From positions 1 to 64,000 of IMG/VR virus record IMGVR_UViG_3300034073_002585: a DNA stretch of 64,000 bases, one strand, 5' to 3'. The translations under genes were made by a program, and so were the position numbers. The notes beneath the pieces were generated by a model, which saw only the letters and a list, made by a program, of their open reading frames with translations, did not search any database and was not told the origin of the DNA. Below, piece by piece: positions 12,538 through 21,897 of the stretch (its first letter is position 1; each line of letters starts with the position of its first letter). The DNA comes from a virus.

Positions 12538-13164
12538 CTATACCGCTAAACTTTGTTCTATCTTCGAGCAAATGTCCTTGTACGCTTCGTCGTAAGTTCG
12601 TGGCATATCTTTAACACCCTTTAGCGCATCTCTTTCGCTAAAGTGGTGAGAAGCAAAATCTAGTAAATCAGAGTTCTTAAACTTAGCTACTAAATTTCCT
12701 TCTTTATCTACTAAGTATTTTTCGAAGTTGCCGCCCATGATGTCTTTTCCATCTTGAAGCTCATTAAAAAGGTCAAATAGCTCGTGGGATGATTCTGGCC
12801 ATCCGTGAGGTGGCATAGGTGCAATACCCTCGGTTGGACGAGAATCTACCATTTCGGTGAAACTATAGGTAACACCATAAGTATTTTCAGCGTAAGTTTT
12901 GGCATCAGTAGCGCAGGAAATTCCATACTCCCATTCGCCATAAGTAACATTTGGACCACAATAGTTATTAGTAGGAACTGCTACTACTTCAAACCCTTGG
13001 TCCTTATATTTGTTATATAGCTCTTCTATTACTGCGTACTGGGGAGCATTTCCGCAGTCTGCGGTCACATTTATAAATAGGGTTACTTTTCCCTTGTAGT
13101 TAGACAGAAAATTGTCTTGGCCATCCCAAGATTTAATTTGTACGTCATACACAGATTTTGCCAT
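12538..13164 (-). CDS. Glutathione peroxidase-family (Cys-type) peroxidase
   Basis: YKGKVTLFINVTADCGNAPQY, NFEKYLVDKEG. Confidence 0.85.
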   Translation of the reverse strand: MAKSVYDVQIKSWDGQDNFLSNYKGKVTLFINVTADCGNAPQYAVIEELYNKYKDQGFEVVAVPTNNYCGPNVTYGEWEYGISCATDAKTYAENTYGVTYSFTEMVDSRPTEGIAPMPPHGWPESSHELFDLFNELQDGKDIMGGNFEKYLVDKEGNLVAKFKNSDLLDFASHHFSERDALKGVKDMPRTYDEAYKDICSKIEQSLAV

Positions 13165-13246
13165 TATTATCCCTAAATCAGACTTATTGGTCGATAGTTA
13201 GATTATACCGTAGGCACATTGTGTCGATTTTGTGTACTATTGTATT

Positions 13247-14683
13247 ATGAAAATTGTAGGTGTCAACGAGACCACCCATGATGCTGCCATAGCAATCATT
13301 GAGGACGGGGAAATCCTTTTTGCTGGCCACGCTGAACGATACAGCAAAGAGAAGAACGACTGGTTCCTCAATGACGAACTTATCGCAGACGCCCTTATTT
13401 ACGGAGGGTCACCAGACAAGGTGGCCTATTACGAGAATAGATGGCTTAAGAAATATAGAATCTATAAGCATGGTGGCCTTGGAGGCGGAAGGCCATACTA
13501 TCTAAACACTGAACTTGGCAAGCTACCTAAGAAGAGCTTCGGGCATCACTACTCCCATGCGTGTGCTGGTTACTACACGTCCAACATGACAGACGCCATT
13601 ATTGTTGTACTGGATGCGATTGGCGAATTCGACACTTCAACTATTTGGAGTGGACACGGGGAAAAGATTACAAAGGTCTGGAACCAGCAGTATCCAGTTA
13701 GCTTTGGGTTGTTCTACTCTGCTTTTACCAAGTTAGTTGGTCTCAAGCCGAACGAGGAAGAATACATCATGATGGGCATGGCTGCCTATGGGGATGAGAG
13801 ACGTTACTACGAGAAAGTCAAAGAGTACTTCCCTATCTTTAATCGTCAAAAGTATAACTTCCACGTTGGAATCATCGATTGGGGAGAGGCTGTAGATGGT
13901 CAAGCAAAATTTGATATCGCTGCTGCCGTGCAAAAAGTTCTAGAAGACAGACTTATTGAGTTCATGAAGTTTGCAAAAAACTTAACTGGAAAAGATAATC
14001 TGGTTTTTATGGGCGGAGTTGCCTTAAATAGCAAGGCAAATACTTTGCTTTGGGGACTATTCAAAAATGTATGGATTATGCCGAACCCAGGGGATGCTGG
14101 GTCAGCATTGGGTGCAGCTGCAGCTATGTATGGCAAGCACTTGAACTGGAAGAGCCCCTATTTAGGCCATGATTTGGGCGGCGAATACCCTGTAGACAAA
14201 ATAATAAACGCCCTTATTGAAGATAAAATAGCACCAGTAGCTAGTGGAAGGGCTGAGTATGGACCGAGAGCTCTTGGCAATCGCAGTATTCTTGCTGACC
14301 CTCGTGATGCTGATATTAAAGAAAAGGTAAATACAATAAAGAAGCGTGAGCTGTTTAGGCCGTTTGCTCCAGTGGTACTGGCTGAGGAAGCTCACAAGTG
14401 GTTTGATATGAACTACATGTCACCGTACATGCAATACACCCCTAAGGCATTGAGACCAGAAATGATGCCTAGCGTTGTCCATGCTGACGGAACTTCTCGT
14501 GTGCAGACTGTAACTGAAAGTGAGCACCCTGGACTGTACGCGGTTTTGAAGAAGTGGCACGTATTGACTGGCGTTCCAGTTCTTTTGAATACTAGCTTAA
14601 ACATAAAAGGTCAGCCAATATTGAATGACGAAAAAGACGTCTCAAGCTGGGAAACTTACTATAAGAAAGGAATCATCAGATAA
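13247..14683 (+). CDS. Carbamoyltransferase, NodU/CmcH family
   Basis: HDAA, ERYS, HHYSH, LDAIGE, GGVALN, GDAGSALGA, EYGPRALGNRS, FRPFAP, VHADGTSRVQTV, LLNTSLN. Confidence 0.95.
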   Translation: MKIVGVNETTHDAAIAIIEDGEILFAGHAERYSKEKNDWFLNDELIADALIYGGSPDKVAYYENRWLKKYRIYKHGGLGGGRPYYLNTELGKLPKKSFGHHYSHACAGYYTSNMTDAIIVVLDAIGEFDTSTIWSGHGEKITKVWNQQYPVSFGLFYSAFTKLVGLKPNEEEYIMMGMAAYGDERRYYEKVKEYFPIFNRQKYNFHVGIIDWGEAVDGQAKFDIAAAVQKVLEDRLIEFMKFAKNLTGKDNLVFMGGVALNSKANTLLWGLFKNVWIMPNPGDAGSALGAAAAMYGKHLNWKSPYLGHDLGGEYPVDKIINALIEDKIAPVASGRAEYGPRALGNRSILADPRDADIKEKVNTIKKRELFRPFAPVVLAEEAHKWFDMNYMSPYMQYTPKALRPEMMPSVVHADGTSRVQTVTESEHPGLYAVLKKWHVLTGVPVLLNTSLNIKGQPILNDEKDVSSWETYYKKGIIR

Positions 14684-14775
14684 TGAAGATTTACTACGAG
14701 ATTAGAATTTTTATACATAAAATTTGGAAAAAATTTTTTAAGAAAAATAAAGATTCAAATAAATTTATATACTAA
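14683..14775 (+). CDS. 30-aa basic peptide MKIYYEIRIFIHKIWKKFFKKNKDSNKFIY coupled to the carbamoyltransferase
   Basis: ATG overlaps the stop (TAATG); ends in FIY. Confidence 0.55.
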   Translation: MKIYYEIRIFIHKIWKKFFKKNKDSNKFIY

Positions 14776-14784
14776 AGTATACAC

Positions 14785-14858
14785 AGCGGTGTAGAGCAGT
14801 TCGGAAGCTCGCGTGGCTCATAACCACGAGGTCGTAGGTTCAAATCCTGCCACCGCAA
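14785..14858 (+). tRNA. tRNA-Met(CAT), initiator-like; CCA not encoded
   Basis: Cloverleaf; 1:72 mismatch and A11:U24 as in fMet; anticodon loop CTCATAA. Confidence 0.9.
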
Positions 14859-14880
14859 CTCACATAAAAGAAAGTGACGC

Positions 14881-15009
14881 ATGGCAAAGGGTAAGGGCGG
14901 AGCTCCAGCTCCTCAGAAGACAACTACTGACCGCAAGAACGGTAAAGCTTCAAAGAAGCGTCCGAAGATATTTGACCCAGTAAAGCGTCGTCTAGTTACT
15001 GGAAACTAG
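14881..15009 (+). CDS. 42-aa basic protein, possible divergent bL33-like
   Basis: MAKGKGGAPAPQKTTTDRKNGKASKKRPKIFDPVKRRLVTGN; purine-rich RBS upstream. Confidence 0.6.
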   Translation: MAKGKGGAPAPQKTTTDRKNGKASKKRPKIFDPVKRRLVTGN

Positions 15010-15599
15010 CCTTCTCTTTGTTTGTTTTCATATACTGAGTTATCTTGACCCAGCTCAAAAACAACTGCCATCCTAGGGGTAGGCATTCTTACTGAATGAT
15101 TCACTCCTCTGGGCAGATATATGACGTCCCCAGGCTCTAGGAAATGGCCTTGAGCGGGCTCTCTATCTCTCCAGTCATCATATATTTGCCACTCGGCGTT
15201 CCCCTGACATTGCCAATAAAATGTTTCTCTATCATCAGAGTGGACTGGTATAGGCTCTTCGCCACTCACATAGTTAACGATAGAATTCACCACTTTTGGT
15301 TTTACGCCTAGGGCTTTTTCTACTGAATTTTGTACCTGAAGAAGTTCTGGAAAATCCTCAACGTAGGGGTGTCTTACCATCATATAAAAGAGGTGGTGGA
15401 CAATTACTCCGTTAATTACTCTCTCGTTTAGAGGTTCCATTGGAATGGCTCCTGGGGGAGTGTGCATCTCTTTATCTACATAAGCAATTATTCTTTCCCA
15501 AGACGGTACCTCGGGCGCTAGATTTTTAAAAACTACTGCTCTGTTAGTTTCTCTAGCTTTTTCTATAGCTTCTTTTATAGATTCTGGTGTGTGCTCCAT
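15006..15599 (-). CDS. JmjC/cupin oxygenase (RoxA/YcfD-like core)
   Basis: HSD...YWQCQG...W...LEPGDVIYLPRG..H. Confidence 0.85.
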   Translation of the reverse strand: MEHTPESIKEAIEKARETNRAVVFKNLAPEVPSWERIIAYVDKEMHTPPGAIPMEPLNERVINGVIVHHLFYMMVRHPYVEDFPELLQVQNSVEKALGVKPKVVNSIVNYVSGEEPIPVHSDDRETFYWQCQGNAEWQIYDDWRDREPAQGHFLEPGDVIYLPRGVNHSVRMPTPRMAVVFELGQDNSVYENKQREG

Positions 15600-15670
15600 A
15601 GTTAAATTGTATAGCAGTATTTAGGGGTAAGTTTGAGTTGATATACTATGACTCATATAAAACTAAATAC

Positions 15671-15970
15671 GGGGCTGACTGGTTTCGACGGTATGTTTGA
15701 ATCTGGTGAAGCGTGCGGAGAAGCCTGTACCTCCTGAATCGGGCAAATCAATAACTGCAAACTCACGTTCTGCATTCGCTCTAGCTGCTTAGCTGAGCCC
15801 CGCTGGTAGATGTAGCTCTAACTAATCGCCACTGGGTTTAAATAAATAGAGCACTGTAACAAAGGTGGCGACCTTAAACGTAACCCGCAGTACCGTGGCT
15901 GGTAGAGCCTACGCACGTAGAAGAACAGAAGATGGCTTATCGGACGGGGGTTCGAATCCCCCCAGCTCCA
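15671..15970 (+). ncRNA. ssrA: tmRNA; tag reading frame 15757-15792 encodes ANSRSAFALAA
   Basis: 5' GGGGCTGACTGGTTTCGAC and 3' GGACGGGGGTTCGAATCCCCCCAGCTCCA; resume codon after ATAACT. Confidence 0.95.
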
Positions 15971-15972
15971 CT

Positions 15973-16590
15973 CTATTTGTTAGACAAGGATTTTATATAA
16001 TCCATGTTTGCCTGATGTATTTCTGACCTGTCTGGCTTAAAAGAGAAAGCAATCCCGCAGCGTGGTTGTCTAATTATTACGTTATGCTTAAGCTCTCTTG
16101 GTAGGTAGATAACATCCCCTGGATGTAGCTCGTTTGATTCTATAACTTTTGGAACTTCTGGCCAAACGGAATCATCTGAAATTTCCCAGATACTGGTGCC
16201 CTGGCACTGCCAATAAACTGTCTCCCTCATATCAGCATGTACTCCTATCGGAGGCTCTCCTCCGATGTAATTTATAAACGCACTAGTGGGTTCTATGGTT
16301 CCAGAAAGAGCGGAATCAAAAATATCTCTTATAAGCTTTGTTTCAGGGAAGGCCTCTAGGTCGGGGTCTCTTACGGCTAAGTAAAAAAGATTCCTAAGAA
16401 TAACTCCATTTATTGTTCTTTCTTCAAGTGGTATTAGAGGTATTGTGGCTGGAGGGGAATCAGCTTGCCTCTGAGCGTGCTGTATAAAGTCTTCCCATTT
16501 TGGGGTATCCTTTACTAGCCCTCTAAATACAGCTGCTCTTCTATCAGTCCGAGCCTGCTCTATTTTTTCTTTAATATTTTGGATTTCCAT
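15973..16590 (-). CDS. JmjC/cupin oxygenase (paralog)
   Basis: HAD...YWQCQG...LHPGDVIYLPRELKH. Confidence 0.85.
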   Translation of the reverse strand: MEIQNIKEKIEQARTDRRAAVFRGLVKDTPKWEDFIQHAQRQADSPPATIPLIPLEERTINGVILRNLFYLAVRDPDLEAFPETKLIRDIFDSALSGTIEPTSAFINYIGGEPPIGVHADMRETVYWQCQGTSIWEISDDSVWPEVPKVIESNELHPGDVIYLPRELKHNVIIRQPRCGIAFSFKPDRSEIHQANMDYIKSLSNK

Positions 16591-16634
16591 ACTTTTTACT
16601 TGCCTAATTTTAATTAGTGTGCTAGTTTCTACCT

Positions 16635-18551
16635 ATGAATAAAAAACTAATAGCAGTTTTTATAAGTCTATCAGTCGCAGTATTTGCCTTTTTTGGCCAA
16701 GCTGGGCCGCTTGCGGTGTCCTCTATCCCGAAGCAGAACATATTTGTAACCATGGAGACTCAGTCTGGCCCGACGTGGGGCTTAGATAGAGTCGACGGTT
16801 CCCTAGATGGAAAATACTCGTACATAAGTTCTGGTAAAAACGTAAAGATATATGTTGTAGACACGGGAGTAAATGCAGGTCATCCACAGCTGCTAGGTCG
16901 AGTCTTACCAGGGTATGACTCTTTCTCTGAAAATTTGCAGGGTAAGGATTGTAATGGCCACGGGACTCATGTTGCTGGTATCGTAGCTGGCTCTTATTAC
17001 GGAGTAGCAAAAGAAGCTACTATTGTTCCAGTTAGGGCATTGGATTGTTCTGGAAGAGGCACTACTGACAATATTGTAAAAAGTGTCGACTGGATTCTAA
17101 AAGACTACGACGGCACCCCCTCTATTGTAAATATGAGCCTCGGCGGGCCTAAAGATGTAGACGTAAATAATGCAGTACAGAAACTAATTTCTGCTGGAAT
17201 CATAGTTACGGTTGCAGCTGGAAACTCCAATGTAGATGCCTGTACCTTTTCCCCTGCAAGTGCTAATGGGGTAATATCTGTAGGCGCTACAGATAGCTCC
17301 GATAAAAAAGCATCATTCTCTAACTGGGGAGACTGCGTTGATATTTTTGCCCCTGGAGTGGGAATCAATTCAGCGAATTCTTTAAACTACCTCACTTCTT
17401 CTAAGAAGAGCGGTACGTCTCAGGCTGCCCCTTTTGTGGCTGGTGCGATTGCGACATACATCTCTAATGGGAAAGTCCAGAAAAGTGCCGATGCCGAAAG
17501 TTACTTATTGTCCGCGTCTGAGCTTGGTGTGGTGCTTGATGGGAATTCAAGGTATAACAACCTAGTAAATGTAGAAAAACTTGGCATTATCCAGGAGCCA
17601 CCTGTAACTGAACCTGAACCAGTTGTTGTAGAAAAACCTAAACCAATAGTTGACACTGCCCCCACGGTGTCTGCCCCCGCAAAGAGTCCTTCAGTAGAGC
17701 CTGTATATAAAATATCTCAGGACATACACATTATTAGTGTTCAACCTACTTCTGTGAAAATAGCTTGGAATGCGAATCAGTTGGCAAGGTACTACTCGGT
17801 CAGAGTATCTCTTGTAGGCAGTAGCGGTTATATCTACAAATCAAATACGTCTAACTTAGAAATAACTGTAAAAAATCTTCTAAGCAATAAAGATTATGTT
17901 TTGACTGTAGTTCCTGTTGCAAAAGGTGATTCTCAAGTAACTGATGGTGAAGTAGTTACGTTCTCTACACCTTACGGGGTACCTAGTTCGCCAAACCAAA
18001 TCACTATAAAAAATGACACATTGAATTGGAGCTCCCCATCCTATAACGGTGGGACTTACGATTTAACTTATGTAATTGAAAAGTACTCGAATGGAGAGTG
18101 GTCACAGCTAGCAACTACTAAAGAGTTGTACTATTCGGTAGAAAGACCTGATTTGGGTGTTACTCACATGTTCAGAGTTTCTGCTAAAACCCCTGCTGGC
18201 AGAGGTAAGGCTACAAAATCAATTTATTTGGTTGGTAATGGGATACCAAATGTTGTAGAGCCAGTACCTGACCTAAACCCAGAGCTGTCTGGGAGTGTCT
18301 CTGTATCTCAGAGGGCAGCTGGCTCAGGCCTTGCGACTGTCGAATGGTCTGCTTACGCTGGTGCTGACTCTTACTTGATTGAGAAATCCCCTCTGGGCTC
18401 TGAAAACCTATGGGAATCTGTCGGAATAACTACAAAAACAAGCAAGACTATTTCTCTACAGCCAGGTAAAAAATGGATAATTAGAGTGACTGCTAGGGGA
18501 GCTAACTCAGATGCCCTCCTGGGCACTGCTCAGTATGAAGGCCTAAGGTAG
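16635..18551 (+). CDS. Secreted S8 (aqualysin/proteinase K-like) serine protease with Pro-rich linker and FN3 domains
   Basis: Signal peptide; WGLDR, VDTG, HGTHVAG, NMSLGG, AAGN, SGTSQAAP. Confidence 0.93.
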   Translation: MNKKLIAVFISLSVAVFAFFGQAGPLAVSSIPKQNIFVTMETQSGPTWGLDRVDGSLDGKYSYISSGKNVKIYVVDTGVNAGHPQLLGRVLPGYDSFSENLQGKDCNGHGTHVAGIVAGSYYGVAKEATIVPVRALDCSGRGTTDNIVKSVDWILKDYDGTPSIVNMSLGGPKDVDVNNAVQKLISAGIIVTVAAGNSNVDACTFSPASANGVISVGATDSSDKKASFSNWGDCVDIFAPGVGINSANSLNYLTSSKKSGTSQAAPFVAGAIATYISNGKVQKSADAESYLLSASELGVVLDGNSRYNNLVNVEKLGIIQEPPVTEPEPVVVEKPKPIVDTAPTVSAPAKSPSVEPVYKISQDIHIISVQPTSVKIAWNANQLARYYSVRVSLVGSSGYIYKSNTSNLEITVKNLLSNKDYVLTVVPVAKGDSQVTDGEVVTFSTPYGVPSSPNQITIKNDTLNWSSPSYNGGTYDLTYVIEKYSNGEWSQLATTKELYYSVERPDLGVTHMFRVSAKTPAGRGKATKSIYLVGNGIPNVVEPVPDLNPELSGSVSVSQRAAGSGLATVEWSAYAGADSYLIEKSPLGSENLWESVGITTKTSKTISLQPGKKWIIRVTARGANSDALLGTAQYEGLR

Positions 18552-18560
18552 ACTTTAGCC

Positions 18561-19535
18561 ATGGGAAATGGAAAAATGTTTGTTGGCATAGCTGCCATGA
18601 ATGAGATTGATGTTGTTCAAACTATTGAAAATGCTTTAGATATGGCAAAAGACCCCCAAAGAATTAATTTTGGTGTGTGGAATCACAATACCTTTGGGGA
18701 AGATTTAATATACAAACACCCGCAGGTCAGGATTGTTAATGTGCACTACCCTATATCGCTTGGCTTAGGAGTTGCTAGGTCCTGCGTCTCTGCACTTTAC
18801 GATGGCGAGGAGTATTACTATCAAATAGATGCTCATATGCTGTTCCAGCAAGACTGGGATGAGATATTAGTATCCTCCCATCAAGAGATAGAAAAGACAG
18901 CAGAGAAACCTATAATTTCTTATTTTGGCCAAATGTGGTGGACCGATGAGGACAATCAAATACACGGCTATAATCCAGATGCGGACATAATGGGACACCC
19001 CATCACTTATTCTGAAGAACATAGGTCATTCGGGCTACCAATAAATATTGGTGACCCAAGAGCCGCAGAGTTGTGGAAAACCACAGATAAAAGCTATTTA
19101 GAGCATTACAACATTCAGGGTGGATTCCTCTTTACAAAAGCAACCTTCCTGACTGAAGTTGGTTATGACCCTCAGTTAATGTTTTTCGGTGAAGAACTGC
19201 TTCTAGCAATGAGAGCTTGGACCAGGGGCTACAGAATCTTTTGTTTAGATAAACCAGTGCAGTGGCATAAAGATAGATGGGGCAGCAAGAAACACCCACA
19301 AGAGAGGGACTTGGTAGAGAATGCTCAGAGGCCTGCTAAAATTCCAGAGGCTGCCGTCTGGGATAGAAGACAGGAGGAAAGCATGCGAAGAGTGCAGGCT
19401 ATCTTTAGAGGAGATATTTTAGGTTTTTGGGGTGCCCCCACTAGGCAGTTACTAGATGAATATTTGTCTGTATCTAAGTTAGGGGAGAGAATGGACTTAG
19501 ATGAATTCACGCCATTCACTAAAGACTTAGAATAA
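18561..19535 (+). CDS. GT60-like ([Skp1]-hydroxyproline-type) GlcNAc transferase
   Basis: FVGIAA...TIENA...P.RINFGV...G.GVAR...LYDGEEYYYQIDAHMLFQQDWD...GFLF...YDPQLMFFGEE...RAWTRGY. Confidence 0.8.
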   Translation: MGNGKMFVGIAAMNEIDVVQTIENALDMAKDPQRINFGVWNHNTFGEDLIYKHPQVRIVNVHYPISLGLGVARSCVSALYDGEEYYYQIDAHMLFQQDWDEILVSSHQEIEKTAEKPIISYFGQMWWTDEDNQIHGYNPDADIMGHPITYSEEHRSFGLPINIGDPRAAELWKTTDKSYLEHYNIQGGFLFTKATFLTEVGYDPQLMFFGEELLLAMRAWTRGYRIFCLDKPVQWHKDRWGSKKHPQERDLVENAQRPAKIPEAAVWDRRQEESMRRVQAIFRGDILGFWGAPTRQLLDEYLSVSKLGERMDLDEFTPFTKDLE

Positions 19536-19686
19536 TAAAGTACTAAATATAGCATATTATGTACCAGTATTTGCTTGGATAATGTACATAACGTTACGTA
19601 CAAATACGTCATACAAACTTAGACCTAAGTTTATATAAAATATAATTTATAAAACTACTTAATCCATTAGTTGATAAACTATATCT

Positions 19687-20277
19687 ATGGATATAAAGAT
19701 ATTGGACATTCTAGGTACAAGTGTTGTATATTACACTAATATTTTAGATAAAAATACCACTATTGACGCCATATCTGACTTTGAAGCTTTCAGAGAAAAT
19801 ATTGAAAAAGACGCTCCCGATGGGTCTAGCACTGGAGTAGATAACTATTTAATGTCTACAAGTCTTAGTAAATATGTAGGGGAAATCTTTAAAATTACTG
19901 GTGAGCACTACATGGAGATAAATAGTCTGACCAGCGGAACCTTTAACCCGTACTGCTCCATGGTGTGTAGAAATTTTCCTGGACACACCAATATGGCCCA
20001 CGTAGACAGCATAAATATGGACCACCAAATAACTCAACTGCTTTATGTAAACGGTGACTACGAGGGAGGGGAGCTGTCTTTTGTCGGCACTTCCGAGGGG
20101 CTGAACTCTGACCTGCCTCCCACTAGCGAGCTTAATGCTGACAAGATTATTAGCCACATAAAGCCAGAGTGGTTTAGTGTAGTTATATTCCCTGGAACTC
20201 TAATGCATAGCGCACATAAACAAAACATCAAAAGTAAGTATCTAGTAAAAAACTCCTGGGGTTCTGGTGGAAAATAA
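19687..20277 (+). CDS. 2OG-Fe(II) oxygenase, prolyl-4-hydroxylase-like
   Basis: HVD, LLYVNGDYEGGEL.F, IFPGTLMH. Confidence 0.75.
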   Translation: MDIKILDILGTSVVYYTNILDKNTTIDAISDFEAFRENIEKDAPDGSSTGVDNYLMSTSLSKYVGEIFKITGEHYMEINSLTSGTFNPYCSMVCRNFPGHTNMAHVDSINMDHQITQLLYVNGDYEGGELSFVGTSEGLNSDLPPTSELNADKIISHIKPEWFSVVIFPGTLMHSAHKQNIKSKYLVKNSWGSGGK

Positions 20278-20830
20278 CGAAAAAGTTCACGTCATAGAAG
20301 GCGCTATCTCTAGAGAGCAAGCTGAGTACTACAGAAACCTTTTCTGGGAAACATCTGTAGAAAACATAGAAAACCCTAGGCCACACTTTAAGTTTCAAGG
20401 CATTTCTTGGATTCCATTCGGGTCAAGAGAGCCAGTGGGCGATTCGTGGATGCCTGATATGACTATTTCTTCTTTAGTTTTTTGGATAGAAAAGTTTTTC
20501 TTATACCACTACGACATACAGGACAAATTTGACCTTAAAAGAATTTTTGTTCACACTATGAAGACTGGAGCAGAAATTGAGGCTCACGTTGATGACGGTG
20601 ATATTTACGAAGGTAAGCCAGAAATCGAGCGCCACTATTCTGGCATTCTAATACTGAACGATGATTATGAAGGCGGAGAGCTTTATTTTAGAGAACTAGG
20701 AATCAGCATAAAACCACCTGCGGGAACCCTCGTTTTATTTAGGGGAGATGCCGAAAGAATACATGGGGTAACAAAGGTTACTGCTGGATATAGAATGAGT
20801 ATGCCAATATTCTTCAGAGAATACAAATAA
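20267..20830 (+). CDS. 2OG-Fe(II) oxygenase, prolyl-4-hydroxylase-like
   Basis: HVD, LNDDYEGGELYF, KPPAGTLVLF, HGVTKVTAGYR. Confidence 0.9.
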   Translation: MENNEKVHVIEGAISREQAEYYRNLFWETSVENIENPRPHFKFQGISWIPFGSREPVGDSWMPDMTISSLVFWIEKFFLYHYDIQDKFDLKRIFVHTMKTGAEIEAHVDDGDIYEGKPEIERHYSGILILNDDYEGGELYFRELGISIKPPAGTLVLFRGDAERIHGVTKVTAGYRMSMPIFFREYK

Positions 20831-20847
20831 ATTACGGGAAGAAACCT

Positions 20848-21897
20848 ATGACCACCAGCACGGTTCTTAAAGATGCAATTTTTGTGTGCATGGCAGCTTT
20901 TAACGAGCTACCTGAAAATATGATTGACACTATCAATAGTGCTTATGGTATGGCATCTAACCCAGAGAATATATATTTTGGTGTCCACAACCAAAACTCT
21001 GAGTTTTTTAGGTTACCTGTAGATAACCCTAGAGTTAAAGTTGTAAACTCTGAATGCACTCAACCTGTTGGTATGGAACTATCTAGAGCTATAGCTGCCA
21101 CCTTACGTGGAGACCAAGAGTATTTCCTACAAATTGATGCTCACATATTGTTCCAAAAAGACTGGGACTCCATTCTTTTGAAATACATGGAAAAGTTAAA
21201 AAGGACTCATGAGCTACCTATAATCTCTCAAATAGGTTTCCCTTGGAGCAGAGTAAACGGAGAAATCATCGGTTACCCCGAAGACGGAATCCCTATCGAT
21301 GAAGTTAACGACAATACTCCATACTCTGAATCTCACCCGTGGAATGGTATGAGGGGGCTCTCAGAGACCGAAAGTTATGACGGTTTCCCTGCTTTTGCAA
21401 TGAGAAAAATCAAAGAGCCAGCATATAAAGATGATGACTATGTTTACTATGAAAACCACGTTAATCATGCTGGATTCTTATTTGCTCCGATGTCCTACAT
21501 CGAGGAAGTTCCTCATGACCACAAAATTAAATATTTGGGCGACGAGCACTTAAACTCTATGAGAGCTTGGACTAGAGGATATAGATTCTTTTCTATAGCT
21601 CACCCGTTGCACTGGCACTACAATAAGGGAGCCAGCGACCTTCACCCTCAGGATAGGCACTACTTTAATAGAAATAGTTCGACCACAAACGCTGAACTTA
21701 ACTTGTCCGACGTCGAGTCTCACAATCGCCAGGCAAGGGGATACTTCCCGACTATGCACCGATACATTTACGGTAAAGAGTTCGGTGTCCATGGCGCACC
21801 TAACGAAGAAAGATGGAAAGAGTGGGCAACGCATGTTGGAATCATTGACCATCTAGAGAATTACACTGGATACGTAAACGAGAATCTAGTCCCTTAA
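20848..21897 (+). CDS. GT60-like GlcNAc transferase (second copy)
   Basis: IFVCMAAF...ASNPENIYFGV...QEYFLQIDAHILFQKDWD...AGFLF...EVPHD...GDE...RAWTRGY. Confidence 0.8.
   Translation: MTTSTVLKDAIFVCMAAFNELPENMIDTINSAYGMASNPENIYFGVHNQNSEFFRLPVDNPRVKVVNSECTQPVGMELSRAIAATLRGDQEYFLQIDAHILFQKDWDSILLKYMEKLKRTHELPIISQIGFPWSRVNGEIIGYPEDGIPIDEVNDNTPYSESHPWNGMRGLSETESYDGFPAFAMRKIKEPAYKDDDYVYYENHVNHAGFLFAPMSYIEEVPHDHKIKYLGDEHLNSMRAWTRGYRFFSIAHPLHWHYNKGASDLHPQDRHYFNRNSSTTNAELNLSDVESHNRQARGYFPTMHRYIYGKEFGVHGAPNEERWKEWATHVGIIDHLENYTGYVNENLVP

Noticed and set aside
12538-13164. Selenocysteine GPx
   Set aside because: The active-site codon is Cys; no in-frame TGA
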